Assembly: GCA_963755915.1 (NCBI GenBank)
Contig: CAVWLP010000002.1
Coordinates: 3,648,001-3,712,000 of the forward strand
From: an uncultured Phycisphaerales bacterium
GTDB lineage: Bacteria; Planctomycetota; Phycisphaerae; Tepidisphaerales; Tepidisphaeraceae
Direction of reading: 5' to 3'
Length of the DNA stretch: 64,000 nt
The position numbers were made by a program, and so were the translations under genes. Within the stretch, counting starts at the first letter, position 1. Each line of letters starts with the position of its first letter. The notes beneath the pieces were generated by a model that searched no databases, was not told the origin of the DNA, and saw nothing but the letters and a program-made list of their open reading frames with translations. Shown piece after piece: positions 12,497 to 24,609 of this stretch.

Positions 12497-13924
12497 ATGT
12501 CGCCCTCCACGCTTTCCAAATCGCCGGGAATTGCCCTCCTTTTGGCGGGCTTCGTGTTGCTCGGGACAGCGGCAGTACGCGCCCAGGAAGCAATGACGAT
12601 CACTCCAAAGCCCTCCTCTGCCCAAAGGCCAATATCCCCTGATTTTCTGGGCTTAAGCTTTGAAACCCAGCTCGTCCTCCCCACCTCCGACGGCATCCGA
12701 TACTTCCGCCCCGAGAACGAGACTCTGATCGCGCTCTTCAAAACCCTCGGCATCAAACACCTCCGCATCGGCGGCAACACCTCCGACAACCCCGCAATCG
12801 CGATCCCCGGAAACTCCGACATCGACAGCCTCTTCGCCTTCGCCCATGCGGCCGGCGTGAAAGTAATCTACACGGTTCGCCTAAAAGGCCAGACCGACGC
12901 AACCACCGACATTCCGATTGTCAAATACATTCAAGATCGCTACGCCCGCGATCTCGATTGCTTCGCCCTCGGCAATGAGCCGAGCATCTACTTCACGCAG
13001 TATCCCGATTACAAAAAGCTCTGGGCGAAGATGACCGACCAGATCATCGCCGCCGTTCCACAGGCCGTCTTCTGTGGGCCCAATACGGATCGACCTCACG
13101 AATGGGCCGCTCAATTCGCCCATGATTTTCGCGCCGGTGGCCGGGTGAAGGAGATCAACATGCACGCTTACGTAGGCCTCAGCGCCAGAGACGTGACGGA
13201 TGTCGCCGCCGCTCGCGACAAAATGCTTTCCCCCGCGTGGGTGAAGCTCTACCAGGGCATCTACGACGATTTCGTCCCGCAAGTCGCCGACGAAAAATTA
13301 TCCTACCGCATCGAGGAGACCAACAGTTTCTTCAATGGGGGCAGAGAAGGCGTGAGCGACACGTTTGCCGCGGCGTTGTGGGCGCTGGACTATCTGCATT
13401 GGTGGTCGCGCCACGGGGCGGCGGGAGTCAATTTCCATACCGGCGATAGAGTCGCCGCGGGGCAGGAGTCGACTCCGTGCCGCTATGCGGCGTATGTCTC
13501 CACCACGAAGGGCTACGACGTTCACCCCGTCGGCTACGCCATCAAGGCATTCGACTTGGCCGCCCACGGCTCAATGATCGATCTGGATTGCCAATGCGCG
13601 CCCGACCTCAACGTCACCGCCTACGGCGAGGTGGATTCCGACGGTACGTTGTTCTTAACGATCATCAACAAGGAGCATGGCGCCCAAGGGCGCGATGTGG
13701 CCGTCACCATCAACGCCGGCAATACCTACACGCACGGCGAAGTTCAGTTCCTCGCCAATGCCAGCCACGATATCGCAGACAAGACCGGAATCACGCTCGG
13801 TAGCGCGCCGATCGGCAAAGATGCCTCATGGGCAGGCATATGGTGCTCCTTACAAGCCCCCTCTCAAGCCGGACGGTTCCATATCACAGTTCCCGCGGCA
13901 ACCGCGGCCATCATAAAATATTGA
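12497..13924 (+). CDS. GH79-like glycoside hydrolase (beta-glucuronidase/heparanase family)
   Basis: FLGLSFE, LRIGGNTSD, LGNEP, IEETNS, GVSDTFAAALWALDY, GVNFH; signal peptide. Confidence 0.8.
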   Translation: MSPSTLSKSPGIALLLAGFVLLGTAAVRAQEAMTITPKPSSAQRPISPDFLGLSFETQLVLPTSDGIRYFRPENETLIALFKTLGIKHLRIGGNTSDNPAIAIPGNSDIDSLFAFAHAAGVKVIYTVRLKGQTDATTDIPIVKYIQDRYARDLDCFALGNEPSIYFTQYPDYKKLWAKMTDQIIAAVPQAVFCGPNTDRPHEWAAQFAHDFRAGGRVKEINMHAYVGLSARDVTDVAAARDKMLSPAWVKLYQGIYDDFVPQVADEKLSYRIEETNSFFNGGREGVSDTFAAALWALDYLHWWSRHGAAGVNFHTGDRVAAGQESTPCRYAAYVSTTKGYDVHPVGYAIKAFDLAAHGSMIDLDCQCAPDLNVTAYGEVDSDGTLFLTIINKEHGAQGRDVAVTINAGNTYTHGEVQFLANASHDIADKTGITLGSAPIGKDASWAGIWCSLQAPSQAGRFHITVPAATAAIIKY

Positions 13925-14779
13925 CTGGTCTCTGGAAGTCCACTTGGGGAAATCATCAGCCATTTCACAAAGGGCGTTGAGCAGCCAATCCAAACAATTG
14001 TTAAGGCCAGCGCCTCCCGAAGTTACAGGATCGCCCAGAAAACGCGATAGCGGCTTTGGCGCGTCATAGTTCGTCCCGCACGAAAGCACGAGCGGAACCC
14101 TATCTTTTTTTTCGCTGATTGACGGCTCTCGCAGACGAGTCATTCGTATAGACGAAATCATCGACGTGCTGCAGGCCAGGCATCTTCTGGCGGTTCTCGA
14201 TTTCACACGCGATGCTTCGATTGGTTCAGAATCCCGTATTCAGTATCTTTCAAACTGAGTATCGACGCCTCATATTGAGGGCTCACAAGGTCGAGAGGGT
14301 CAGCGTCTCGGCCATTATATGTTGGAACAACACGACAATTATTTGAACAACCGGCGACTCCGTTGGCAGGTCAACGATTTCGCGTTGGAACACTTAGCGC
14401 ACCAGGTCGCTTCCAATTGGAAGATCGAATCGCCGGTGATCGGGTTCATGAGGGGCGGGCGGCAAAGACCCTCGTCCCCATCTCGACGGCTTGAGATTGC
14501 GCGTTTTCCACTCCTCCGGCAGCCACCGGGGCGCGGCGCCTTTCGCTAGTTATCGGCACTGTAGTTTTTGAGCCGCACCATATTTCTCCGCACCGCAACC
14601 CCGCCTAACCAATCAAATCGCAGACGAATTAAGTCACGCTTCCACCTGGCCTTTACAGTTCCTGATCCACAGCAGATTTCGCAAGTTCATTCAAAAAAGG
14701 GACCAGCTCTTTTCGCCGATAGTTAAGTGGGCGTCTTTGGGAACGGGCCTCCGGCAGATTTCCGCGTCTTTTTTAAAAA

Positions 14780-17700
14780 ATGGCGTCTCCATTCAACGCA
14801 AGACAATCTCTCGCAACGCGCACCAGCGCGTCGAATGCTCCGCGCCAAGGCCTCCGAGGCGTGCCGCTTTGTAGAAAAATCCTTTGGTGGCAAGCCCAAT
14901 TTATATTTGAATGGCTTGAACCCAGGAATTTTCTAAGCGGCAGTGGAGTGGCCGGGGGCGATGCGCCCGCCTCCCAGAACCCCGCGTTTTTCCAGTCCAG
15001 CCCTTCGCCCACCGTCGCCGTTGCCGCCGCCGCCTTTCCGTCCACGGTTTCTGGTATCACCGCGAATCTCAGTGTCCTTGGCGCTGACGTCAATGGCGAA
15101 GCCAGCCTGACCTATACGTGGGCGACGACCGGCTCACCCCCGGCTCTCGTCGCCTTCAGCGCCAACGGCACCAACGCCTCCAAGGACGTCACAGCGACCT
15201 TCTCCCGCGCCGGTGATTACACTTTCCAAGTCACCATCACCGACACGCAAGGCGCTTCCACGACCTCCAGCGTGAACGTGACCGTTGATCAAACCGCCAA
15301 TTCCATTGCTATCGCGCCGACCACCTCCACGCTCAACGTGAATCAGCAGCAGCAGTTCTCCGCTTCCGAATACGACCAGTTCGGCCAACTGATGGCCCAG
15401 CAGCCCTCCTTCTCATGGACCCTGGCTTCCGGCGATGGTTCGATCACCACAGCCGGTCTCTACACTGCCCCCCTGACGGTCGGTTCGGCGCAAATCGTCG
15501 CCTCCGCGGGTTCGCTCAGTGCCTCGGCGTCAGTGACCATTCAAAACACCGGACCGCAGATCACTCAAGCCGCCGCCGCTTCCCCTTCCCCGGTCACCGG
15601 CACATCCACCACGCTGTCCGTCGCCGCGACCGACGACGCCGGCGCCGCAAATCTCATCTACCAATGGTCGGTCCTCTCAAAACCAACGGGTGTTCAATCG
15701 CCGCTGTTCAGCGTCAACGGCACCAACGCCGCCGTATCCACCGTCGCCATCTTCTTCGCAGCCGGGACATACGAACTCCAGGCCACCGTTACCGATTCCG
15801 TGGGCCTTTCGGCCACAAGCGACGTCACCATTCAGGTCGACCAGACCCTTACCAGCATCCACATCGCACCCCCCTCAACCATGTCCACGAGAAGCACCCA
15901 GCAACTCTCCGCCGCGGAACTCGATCAATTCGGCAACGCCATGGCCACCCAACCCACTCTCACCTGGTCTCTTTCCGGTGGAGGTTCTGTCTCTTCCTCC
16001 GGCCTGTATACGTCTTCATCCTCCACTGGCACCCCAACCGTCACCGTATCAGCCAGTGGAGTCAGCGGCTCGACGACGATATCCGTCGTCGGCTCCAAGG
16101 CCATCACCGCCTCGCCCGCAACCGTCACCGGCACGCAAACCTCACTCACGGCCGTCGGTGTCACCGGCCTCCTTGCCTCCTATTCCTGGACCGTCACCGC
16201 CAAGCCGGGCGGCGCCACCACTCCGACGCTCAATGTTGCCTCCGGAGGTGAGTCCGCGACCGCTACTTTCTTCCAGGCCGGAAACTACACGGTCGAATTC
16301 CAGTGCAGTTCGCTGTTGGGCCTTCTTGGTACCACCACCCTGACGATCAACATAACCGTTGACCAAACACTGACCGCGGTTCTGGTCACTCCTTCTTCCG
16401 CCACCATGAACGTCAGCGGCTCTCAGCAGTTCGCCGCTACGGCGTACGATCAATTCGGCAAGGTCATGGCTACGCAGCCGACGTTCCATTGGGGCCTGAC
16501 GGCTGGCTCCGGAACACTCTCCTCCACCGGCGACTACACCGCGCCCGCCGCCGCAACCAGCGCCACAATCACCGCCAGCGCCAGCGGTGTTTCCAGCTCC
16601 GCCGATGTTGTCGTCAACGCGGCCAGACCCACCGTGGCGAGCGCTGCCAACAGTTCTCCCACCTCGCCCGCCGCTCCGGGTTCAGTCAATCTCAATGTCC
16701 TGGGCTCCGACCCGGGCGGGGAAAGCAATCTCACCTACACCTGGTCCGTCATCGGCACGCCGCCCGGAGCCGTCGATTTCTCTGCCAACGGCGCTAACTC
16801 CGCCCAAAACACCATCGCCGGCGTTTCCGCGCCGGGAACCTACGATTTCCTTGCCACCATCACCAACGCCGCCGGAAATTCGGTCACAAGCTCTGTTGCC
16901 GTCACGTTTACCTCAGCCTCCAATCAGCCTCCGACGGTGTCCGTGCCGTCTGCGCAGCAGACGAATGAAAACGCGACGCTCACTTTCTCCCCCGCCAATT
17001 CAAACGCAATCACCATAAACAACATTGCAAACACAACCGAGCAAGTCACTCTCACCGCGGTCAACGGGCTGCTCACTCTTGGTTCCACCACAGGCCTGAC
17101 CTTCACGGTCGGCACAGGGTCTAACGATTCGGTGCTGACGTTCCAGGGCTCGCCCAGCGAAATCAACGCCGCGCTAAGCGGCCTTACCTTCGCTCCTACC
17201 CCAAACGATTTTGGATACGCGGGCATTCAAATCTCCGCCACCGCCGGCTCCAGCGCTGCGACGATCGCTAACATACCTATCAACATCGAACAAGTCGCCC
17301 AGCCGCCAACCGTCGCGACTGCCGCGCAGGCCTCCCCATCCCCGGTGACCGGAACGTCCACCACTCTCACCGCCCTCGGCGCGGACGCCGAATATGGACC
17401 CTCCGGCCTCACCTACGTCTGGTCGGTCCTCACTAAACCCGCCGGCGCCGCCAACCCCAGCTTCAGCCTCAACGGCTCCAACGATGCCCAGAGCACCGTC
17501 GCCACGTTCGGCGGCGCCGGCAATTACACATTGCAAGTGACGATTACCGACCCCGGCGGCCTCTCTGTCACCAGCTCCGTCTCCGTCACTGTGGATCAAA
17601 CCCTCACCGGCATTTCCGTCTCGCCCGCCAACACGGCCTCGGCCGTCGGCGGTACCCAGCAATACTTCGGCGTCGCACTCGACCAGTTCGGCAACGCGAT

Positions 17701-20647
17701 GGCCGCTCAGCCAACGCTGGACTGGTCCTGCGATGTCGGCTCGATCAGTTCGACGGGTTTATATACCGCCCCGGTAACCCCAACCACGGACACAATTTTC
17801 GCCAGCAGCAGCGGAGTGACCGGATCGACCACCGTTTCCGTCGTCTCCGCGGGAACGGCCGTGGCCTCACCGGGCGTTGTGACAGGAACCTACACGACGC
17901 TCTCCGTCCTCGGCGGCGCTACCAGCGGCGTTACCTACACCTGGTCCGCCATCACTCTGCCCTCCGGCGCCTTAAACCCATCCTACAGCGCAAACTTCTC
18001 GTCCGCCGCTCAAACTACGATCGCAACCTTCTCTCACGCCGGCGACTACACCTTCGAGGTCGCCATCAACGATGGTTCGATCACCTATCAAACGGTCTCG
18101 GTAATCGTTCAGCAGACCGTTACGTCGATCTCCGTCTCTCCCTCCATGGCGAGCCTCGACGAAAACGCGCAGCAGCACTTCTCCGCGGTCGCATACGATC
18201 AGTTCGGCAATCCCATCGCCTCGCCAGGACCGTTCGCCTGGAGGGTCTCATCCGGCGGCGGGGCCATCGACGGCTCCGGTCTCTACACCGCGCCCGGCGC
18301 GGGCGCGGGAAGCGTCACGATCGCCGCCGCCATCGGCACCGTCTCTGGCGGTGCTTCCATCACCGTCATCGACGCTCCGCCTACCGTTGCCACACCCGCG
18401 GCCGCATCAAGTTCCACCGTCACCACAACCTCCACCCTCCTTTCCGTTCTCGGCGCCGACGATGGAGGCGAATCCAATCTCACCTACACCTGGGCCACTG
18501 ACGGCACACCTCCTGCCCCCGTCACCTTCTCCCTCAACGGAAACAACTCTGCCAAAGACACCATCGCCACCTTCTCCAAGGCCGGCACATACGAATTTCG
18601 GGTGACCATCGCAGATATTGAAGGCCTTACGACGACGTCTTCTGTTACCGTCATTGTCAACCAAACCGTCACTACACTGGGAATCGCGCCTCCCCAGATC
18701 TCGCTGCATCTCAATGCCCAGAGCCAATTCTCCGCCACCGGTGAGGATCAATTCGGCAACCCAATGGCCACGATGCCCGCATTGAATTGGTCGGTCGCAT
18801 CGGGCGGCGGTTCCATCAACTCCGCCGGCCTTTACACCGCACCAAGCTCCCCCGGCATCGCCACCATATCCGTCAGCGGTGGTTCGGCTTCGCAAGTCGC
18901 TGATGTCACGATCTTCAACGCCCCTCCCTCCGTGGCCGTTGCCGCCGCCGCTTCTCCGACAATGGTGGACGGCACCACCACCAATCTGAGCGTCCTGGGC
19001 GCCGACGACGGTGGTCAAGCCAATCTCACCTATACCTGGACCACCGAAGGCAACCCACCAGCTCCCGTCCTCTTCTCACGGAACAGTACAAACGCCGCCC
19101 AAAGCGTCATGGCCACGTTCTCTGCCCCCGGCACCTACCAATTCCTGGTCACGATCGTTGACGCCGAGGGCGCGTCCACCATCAGCTCCGTCACGGTCCA
19201 GGTGATTCCGACGTATTCCGGAATTGACGTCTCACCGTCCGGCTCGGCCCTTCAGCGCGCTCAATCCGAACAGTTTTCCGCGGTTGCCGTTAACCAGTTT
19301 GGCAATCCCATGGCCACGCAGCCCATCTTCACGTGGTCGACGCTTGCCAACGTCGGCACAATTTCGGCCGCTGGGCTCTACACCGCCCCCAACGCCGGCG
19401 CGGGCAACGCCACCATCATCGCCACGGCCGGCAACATCAGCGGCTCCGCCTCCGCCAGCTTGCTTGATGATCTCGCTGTTTCCGTTCCCCCAAGCCAGTC
19501 GACCGCTCCCACCCTGCCCCTGGTCTTCTCCACCGCCGATCCGATTTTTGTTACCGACACCGACGCCGCCACCCAATCCGTTCCCCTTACGCTTACCCTT
19601 TCTGGAACCGGCGGCGTAATCTCTCTCTCAGAGCTCAACGGCCTTTCCCTCTCAGCCGGAACGGGGACTAACGATATTACCGTCAGCGTTACCGGCACGC
19701 TCGCGGCCATCAATGCCTCTCTCCAGGGCCTGAAATTCACGCCCGATCCCGGTTTCGCCGGCGACGCTACCCTCGCTGTCACCATTAACGAGATTTCCGT
19801 ATCCGCCTCGTCGCCGATGCGCTCGGTCAACATTTACGTCCAGGAGGCCGCGACTACCTCCACGTCAACAACCTCTTCCATCTTTTCACCAGGCGCCTCC
19901 TCCGACTCCGAAAACTCCATCCTCACTGGCATTCTTGACGGTCCGCTTACAACCACGGGCGATTCCACGCCCACGACCTCCCAGACAACTTCGACCGACT
20001 CCACCTCCGTTATTTCCCAGGATGCGATCACCGCGTCCGACACGATATTCCCCGATCCAACACCTTCCCCCGACGCACCATCTCCCGAAGCTGTCGCCCC
20101 GCCCGCAGCCCCGGCCGAATCTGCTGCCAAACCCGCTCCAACCGTCGCCGCTGTCGCCAGCGTCGTTACCGCGCCCAAACCCTCGGCTCCAGCCAATTCG
20201 GCTAGCGCCAACCCATTCGCTACCGCCTCTTCCATCCCCGATGAGCAGGTCCGAACCGTTCCCGATCAGGTTTTCACTTTCCTCGATCCGCAGAGTCCCA
20301 TGCTCAAAAACCTCGACGAAATGAAGACCGACATGGCTTCCGAGAAAGCCCTCAAGGTTACCGCCGGTTCCGCATCCGTCGTCTCTTTTAGCGCCTCCGC
20401 CGCCTATCTCATCTGGATGCTTCGCGGCGGATCGCTGCTCAGCAGCCTCCTTTCAGTTTTCCCAGCATGGAAATCGATGGACCCAATCCCCGTCCTCGAT
20501 AGCTTCGAAAAATCACGCAAAAAGCGCAAACCCCAGGCCGGCGACAATGATTCCATCGAATCCCTCGTCGAGAATTCTAACCAGGCCGCTCAAAACTCTG
20601 GCACTTTCAAACACTCCGACACCGATGACATGGAACCAACGTCATGA
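14780..20647 (+). CDS. Giant LEPR-XLL surface protein with tandem PKD/Ig-like repeats and C-terminal membrane anchor
   Basis: FEWLEPRNFLS; seven (D/N)QFG-marked Thr/Ser-rich repeat units; Pro/Ala/Ser linker; hydrophobic YLIWMLRGGSLLSSLLSVFPAWKSMDP tail. Confidence 0.8.
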   Translation: MASPFNARQSLATRTSASNAPRQGLRGVPLCRKILWWQAQFIFEWLEPRNFLSGSGVAGGDAPASQNPAFFQSSPSPTVAVAAAAFPSTVSGITANLSVLGADVNGEASLTYTWATTGSPPALVAFSANGTNASKDVTATFSRAGDYTFQVTITDTQGASTTSSVNVTVDQTANSIAIAPTTSTLNVNQQQQFSASEYDQFGQLMAQQPSFSWTLASGDGSITTAGLYTAPLTVGSAQIVASAGSLSASASVTIQNTGPQITQAAAASPSPVTGTSTTLSVAATDDAGAANLIYQWSVLSKPTGVQSPLFSVNGTNAAVSTVAIFFAAGTYELQATVTDSVGLSATSDVTIQVDQTLTSIHIAPPSTMSTRSTQQLSAAELDQFGNAMATQPTLTWSLSGGGSVSSSGLYTSSSSTGTPTVTVSASGVSGSTTISVVGSKAITASPATVTGTQTSLTAVGVTGLLASYSWTVTAKPGGATTPTLNVASGGESATATFFQAGNYTVEFQCSSLLGLLGTTTLTINITVDQTLTAVLVTPSSATMNVSGSQQFAATAYDQFGKVMATQPTFHWGLTAGSGTLSSTGDYTAPAAATSATITASASGVSSSADVVVNAARPTVASAANSSPTSPAAPGSVNLNVLGSDPGGESNLTYTWSVIGTPPGAVDFSANGANSAQNTIAGVSAPGTYDFLATITNAAGNSVTSSVAVTFTSASNQPPTVSVPSAQQTNENATLTFSPANSNAITINNIANTTEQVTLTAVNGLLTLGSTTGLTFTVGTGSNDSVLTFQGSPSEINAALSGLTFAPTPNDFGYAGIQISATAGSSAATIANIPINIEQVAQPPTVATAAQASPSPVTGTSTTLTALGADAEYGPSGLTYVWSVLTKPAGAANPSFSLNGSNDAQSTVATFGGAGNYTLQVTITDPGGLSVTSSVSVTVDQTLTGISVSPANTASAVGGTQQYFGVALDQFGNAMAAQPTLDWSCDVGSISSTGLYTAPVTPTTDTIFASSSGVTGSTTVSVVSAGTAVASPGVVTGTYTTLSVLGGATSGVTYTWSAITLPSGALNPSYSANFSSAAQTTIATFSHAGDYTFEVAINDGSITYQTVSVIVQQTVTSISVSPSMASLDENAQQHFSAVAYDQFGNPIASPGPFAWRVSSGGGAIDGSGLYTAPGAGAGSVTIAAAIGTVSGGASITVIDAPPTVATPAAASSSTVTTTSTLLSVLGADDGGESNLTYTWATDGTPPAPVTFSLNGNNSAKDTIATFSKAGTYEFRVTIADIEGLTTTSSVTVIVNQTVTTLGIAPPQISLHLNAQSQFSATGEDQFGNPMATMPALNWSVASGGGSINSAGLYTAPSSPGIATISVSGGSASQVADVTIFNAPPSVAVAAAASPTMVDGTTTNLSVLGADDGGQANLTYTWTTEGNPPAPVLFSRNSTNAAQSVMATFSAPGTYQFLVTIVDAEGASTISSVTVQVIPTYSGIDVSPSGSALQRAQSEQFSAVAVNQFGNPMATQPIFTWSTLANVGTISAAGLYTAPNAGAGNATIIATAGNISGSASASLLDDLAVSVPPSQSTAPTLPLVFSTADPIFVTDTDAATQSVPLTLTLSGTGGVISLSELNGLSLSAGTGTNDITVSVTGTLAAINASLQGLKFTPDPGFAGDATLAVTINEISVSASSPMRSVNIYVQEAATTSTSTTSSIFSPGASSDSENSILTGILDGPLTTTGDSTPTTSQTTSTDSTSVISQDAITASDTIFPDPTPSPDAPSPEAVAPPAAPAESAAKPAPTVAAVASVVTAPKPSAPANSASANPFATASSIPDEQVRTVPDQVFTFLDPQSPMLKNLDEMKTDMASEKALKVTAGSASVVSFSASAAYLIWMLRGGSLLSSLLSVFPAWKSMDPIPVLDSFEKSRKKRKPQAGDNDSIESLVENSNQAAQNSGTFKHSDTDDMEPTS

Positions 20648-23156
20648 ACCGAATACCTGTACGCATTAAAATCGTTTTCGGCCTTCAGTTGCTCCTCATT
20701 AGCGCCATCGCGCTGGCTATTGCGCTGGGCTTTGTTCCCAATCCGCAGGCCGCCACCATGGCAGGGCGCGCCACGCTTGCCGAAACCATCGCCGTCAACG
20801 CGTCCGCATTTGTCTCACGAAGGGACATGGCAGGTCTTGATGCCGTTCTCCGCGCCGTTGCTCAGCGCAATCCTGACATCCTTTCGCTGGGCCTGCGGAA
20901 ATCCGATGGCTTCCTCATCATTGACGTCGGCAATCACGCCGCCTACTGGCCGAAATCCTCCGACGAGGCCTCGCGCGTTTTGGTCCCCATCTTTGCCCAG
21001 AAGAGCCAGTGGGGATCCATGGAAATCCGCTTTCAGTCTCTGAAATATTCCGGCCCCTTTGGATTCATCTTCTCGCCCTATACGAAGATGATCCTCTTCA
21101 TCTCCGTCGCCAGCCTTGCCTCCTTCCTGATTTACCTCAAGCGCACGCTCCAGCATCTCGATCCCTCCAAGGTAGTTCCTCCCCATGTCCGCGCTGCGCT
21201 GGATACGCTCGCGGAGGGGCTTCTCATTGTCGATCAGCAGGGCCGGATCGCCCTGGCCAACCGAACTTTCGCCGCCGTGGTCGGCTCCGACGCCGACAAG
21301 CTCATGGGCGCTCGCGCCGCGCAGTTCGATTGGAAGCATAACATGCCGAGCGCCGACCCGTCCGCACCCATCGACCTCCCCTGGGCCGCCGCCGTCCGCG
21401 ACAACCAGGCCCAGCGCAACCAAACCCTCCGTCTCGTCGATGCCGCCGGCGTCAACCGCACCTTCATCGTCAACTGCTCCCCCGTCGCCGGCGCGCGCGG
21501 CAAGGCCCGCGGCGCACTCGCCAGCTTCGAGGATGTCACACCCCTCGTCGAAAAGGAAATTGAGCTGCGCAAATCCAAAGAGATGGCCGACGAAGCCAAC
21601 CGCGCAAAAAGCGAATTTCTCGCCCGCATGAGCCACGAAATCCGAACCCCCATGAATGCCATCCTCGGATTCACGGATGTGCTTCGACGCGGCTACGAAG
21701 ACAGCGAAGCCGAACGCCTCGAATTCCTCAACACCATTCACTCCAGCGGACAGCACCTCCTTGAGCTCATCAATGACATCCTCGATCTTTCCAAGATCGA
21801 ATCCGGCAAGCTCGAAATCGAACTTACGCGCTGCTCACCCAACCAGATCATCTCCGAGATCGTCGCCGTCCTGGGAATTCGCGCCCAGGACAAGGGCATC
21901 GACCTCTCCTTCGCCTGGGTTGGTCCCTCTCCCGCCACCGTCCTGACCGATCCCACACGCTTCCGCCAGGTTCTCACCAACCTCGTCGGAAATTCCATCA
22001 AATTCACCGAAAAAGGCGGCGTACGTCTGCTCGCGCGGCTCGACCGCTCGAACCCGCGCCCATGCCTAGTCGTCGACGTGATCGACACCGGCATCGGCAT
22101 GAAGCCCGAATCCCTGAAACGTATTTTCGACCCCTTCACACAGGCCGACAACTCCATCACCCGCCGATTCGGCGGCACCGGGCTGGGCCTCTCTATTAGT
22201 CGTCAGTGTGCCACCGCGCTTGGCGGTGGGCTCACCGTGCAAAGTGAGTATGGCAAGGGCAGCACGTTCACGCTAACCATCGACGCCGGTCTGCTCGAAC
22301 CCATTGAATTTTTCGACCCCGTGGAAGAAAAATCCGCCAAGGCCAAATCCGCCCCCGCGCCGGCGGTCGTTCGTCTCAATCCCGCGCGGATCCTCGTCGT
22401 CGAGGACGGCACAAGCAACCAGAGGCTCATCACTATCGTCCTTCAACGCGCCGGGGTCACTGTCGAACTCGCCAATAATGGTCAAATCGGCTACGACAAA
22501 GCCACCACCGGTCAATATGACGTCATCCTCATGGACATGCAGATGTCCGTGATGGACGGCTTCACCGCAGCCCGCCGTCTGCGCGAAAACGGCTGCAAAC
22601 TCCCCATTATCGCCCTGACGGCCAATGCCATGAAAGGTGAAGAGGAAAATGCCGCGCCGCCGGATGCTCCGGTTATCTCAGCAAACCGATCGACGTCGAC
22701 CTCCTTTTGCGAACCCTGGCCAATCTGGTCGGCACCGCCTCTTCCGATGCCCCCGCTCCACAGCCCAGGCCCATCGCTTCAGCACCTTCAGCCGCGCCGC
22801 AAACAACTCCTCCCAACCTCCTGGTTCTTCAGTCCACCCTTCCCATCGAAGATCCCGATTTTCTCGAAATCGTGCAGGAATTCGCCGACCGCCTTCGCGA
22901 TCAGATCGCCGAAATGCAAAAGGCCTGGGAAAAAAAGGAATTGTCCCAGCTTGCCTCGCTGGCGCACTGGCTTAAAGGCTCCGGCGGCACCGCCGGATTC
23001 AATGCCTTCACCAATCCCGCGGCCAGGCTCGAAAAGCTCGCAAAGGAAAATCGCGTCGATCAAATCCCCGCCGCTCTCGCCGACGTCCAGGACCTCGGCC
23101 GCCGCGTCGTTCGGCCCCAGCCCAAACCCGTCACCGCCGGCGGAGCACAGTCATGA
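20644..23156 (+). CDS. Membrane hybrid histidine kinase (TM-PAS-HisKA-HATPase-REC-HPt; frameshift near 22655)
   Basis: FLARMSHEIRTPMNAI, GNSIKFT, GGTGLGL, ILMDMQM; HPt AHWLKGSGG in ORF 22707..23156. Confidence 0.9.
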
Positions 23157-24345
23157 ACTTTATCCCCGCTTCGATTAGCTCCACCTTGCTTTCCCGTTCG
23201 GAGTCCAGTCCACCCGAGGTCGCCCGCGAGCACGCACGCTTCCTCGACGCCCGGCTCATGATCGTCGACGACGAGCCGATCAACGTCAAGGTAGTCCGCA
23301 AGTATCTCCAAGGCGCCGGCTATAAGAATTTCGTCTCCACCTCCGACTCCACTCAGGCCATGAACCTCCTCCGTAGCGAGCAGCCCGACGCCGTCCTGCT
23401 CGACATCATGATGCCCCAGGTCAATGGCCTGGAGATCCTCAAATGGATCCGCGAAGACGCGACCTTTCGCCATACGCCGGTGCTCATTCTCACCGCCTCC
23501 ACTGACGCCCCAACCAAGCTCGCCGCTCTCGAATCCGGCGCCACCGACTTTCTCGCCAAGCCCGTCGATCCCCACGAGCTTCTTCCTCGCCTCCGCAACG
23601 TCCTGACCGTAAAGGCCCATCAGGACTATCTCGCCGGCTATTCCGTCAAGCTGGAACGCGAAGTCCAGAAACGCACGGCTGAAGTCGAAATGTCGCGACT
23701 GCGCGTCATTCAATGCCTCGCGGCGCCGGCGAATATCGCGACGACACGACCGGCCGTCACGTCATCCGCGTCGGACGCTGTGCCGCCGTCGTCGCGTCTG
23801 AGCTCGGCTACTCCAATCAGCAATCCGCTATGCTCGAACTTGCCGCCCAGCTTCACGACATCGGTAAAATCGGCATCCCCGACGCGATCCTCCTCAAGCC
23901 GGCAAAACTCACCCCCGAAGAAACCGCCGTCATGCGCAAGCATTGCGAGTATGGCAAAGCCATCATCGAACCCACCAGCGCCAGCGAAGCCGAGCTTGCG
24001 CGAAAATACGCCGACCTCGGCGTCATCGCAAATCAGTCCGTCGATTCCCCCGTCCTTCGCATGGCCGCCGATATCGCCATCAGTCATCACGAACGAGTCG
24101 ACGGCTCCGGCTATCCCTTCGGACTCCGCGGCGATTCCATTCCCCTGGAAGGTCGCATCACCGCCCTGGTTGACGTGTTCGACGCTCTGCACAGTCCCCG
24201 ACCCTACAAACCTGCCTACCACACAGAAAAATGCCTGGAAATCATTAACTCGGGCCGAGGCAAAGAATTCGACGAAGCCGTCCTTGACGTCTTCTTTACC
24301 CGAATTGATGACATCGAATCTGTATACAAAGAGAACGCCGACTGA
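23153..24345 (+). CDS. Response regulator with HD-GYP phosphodiesterase domain (RpfG-like; frameshift near 23725)
   Basis: REC motifs IVDDE and LLDIMMP; LHDIGKIG, HHERVDGSGYP, DVFDAL, RPYK. Confidence 0.9.
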
Positions 24346-24609
24346 AAAGGCCCCGGTGCCTTCGGGCTCGCTCTGACCATCCTCCGACCCCGGGGAAATT
24401 GATGGGCGATACCGGATTCGCGCATGACGAAAACATCCCGAAAAACCAATAGACGCGCACCGAGGCGACGCAGAATCCCGTGCATTTTTGCCTACGGCGC
24501 CGGGACCAGCACCTCCGGCGTTAATTCTGGTTCTGACCCCTTCAGTACAAAAGGTTACAGTCCGCAACAAGCTGGGGGGGTTTGGGTGGGATGAGGTACG
24601 GGTTCGCGC

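Noticed and set aside
13925-14779. Short ORFs between GH79 and the giant surface protein
   Set aside because: No recognisable motifs or RBS; possibly gene remnants, but not assignable.
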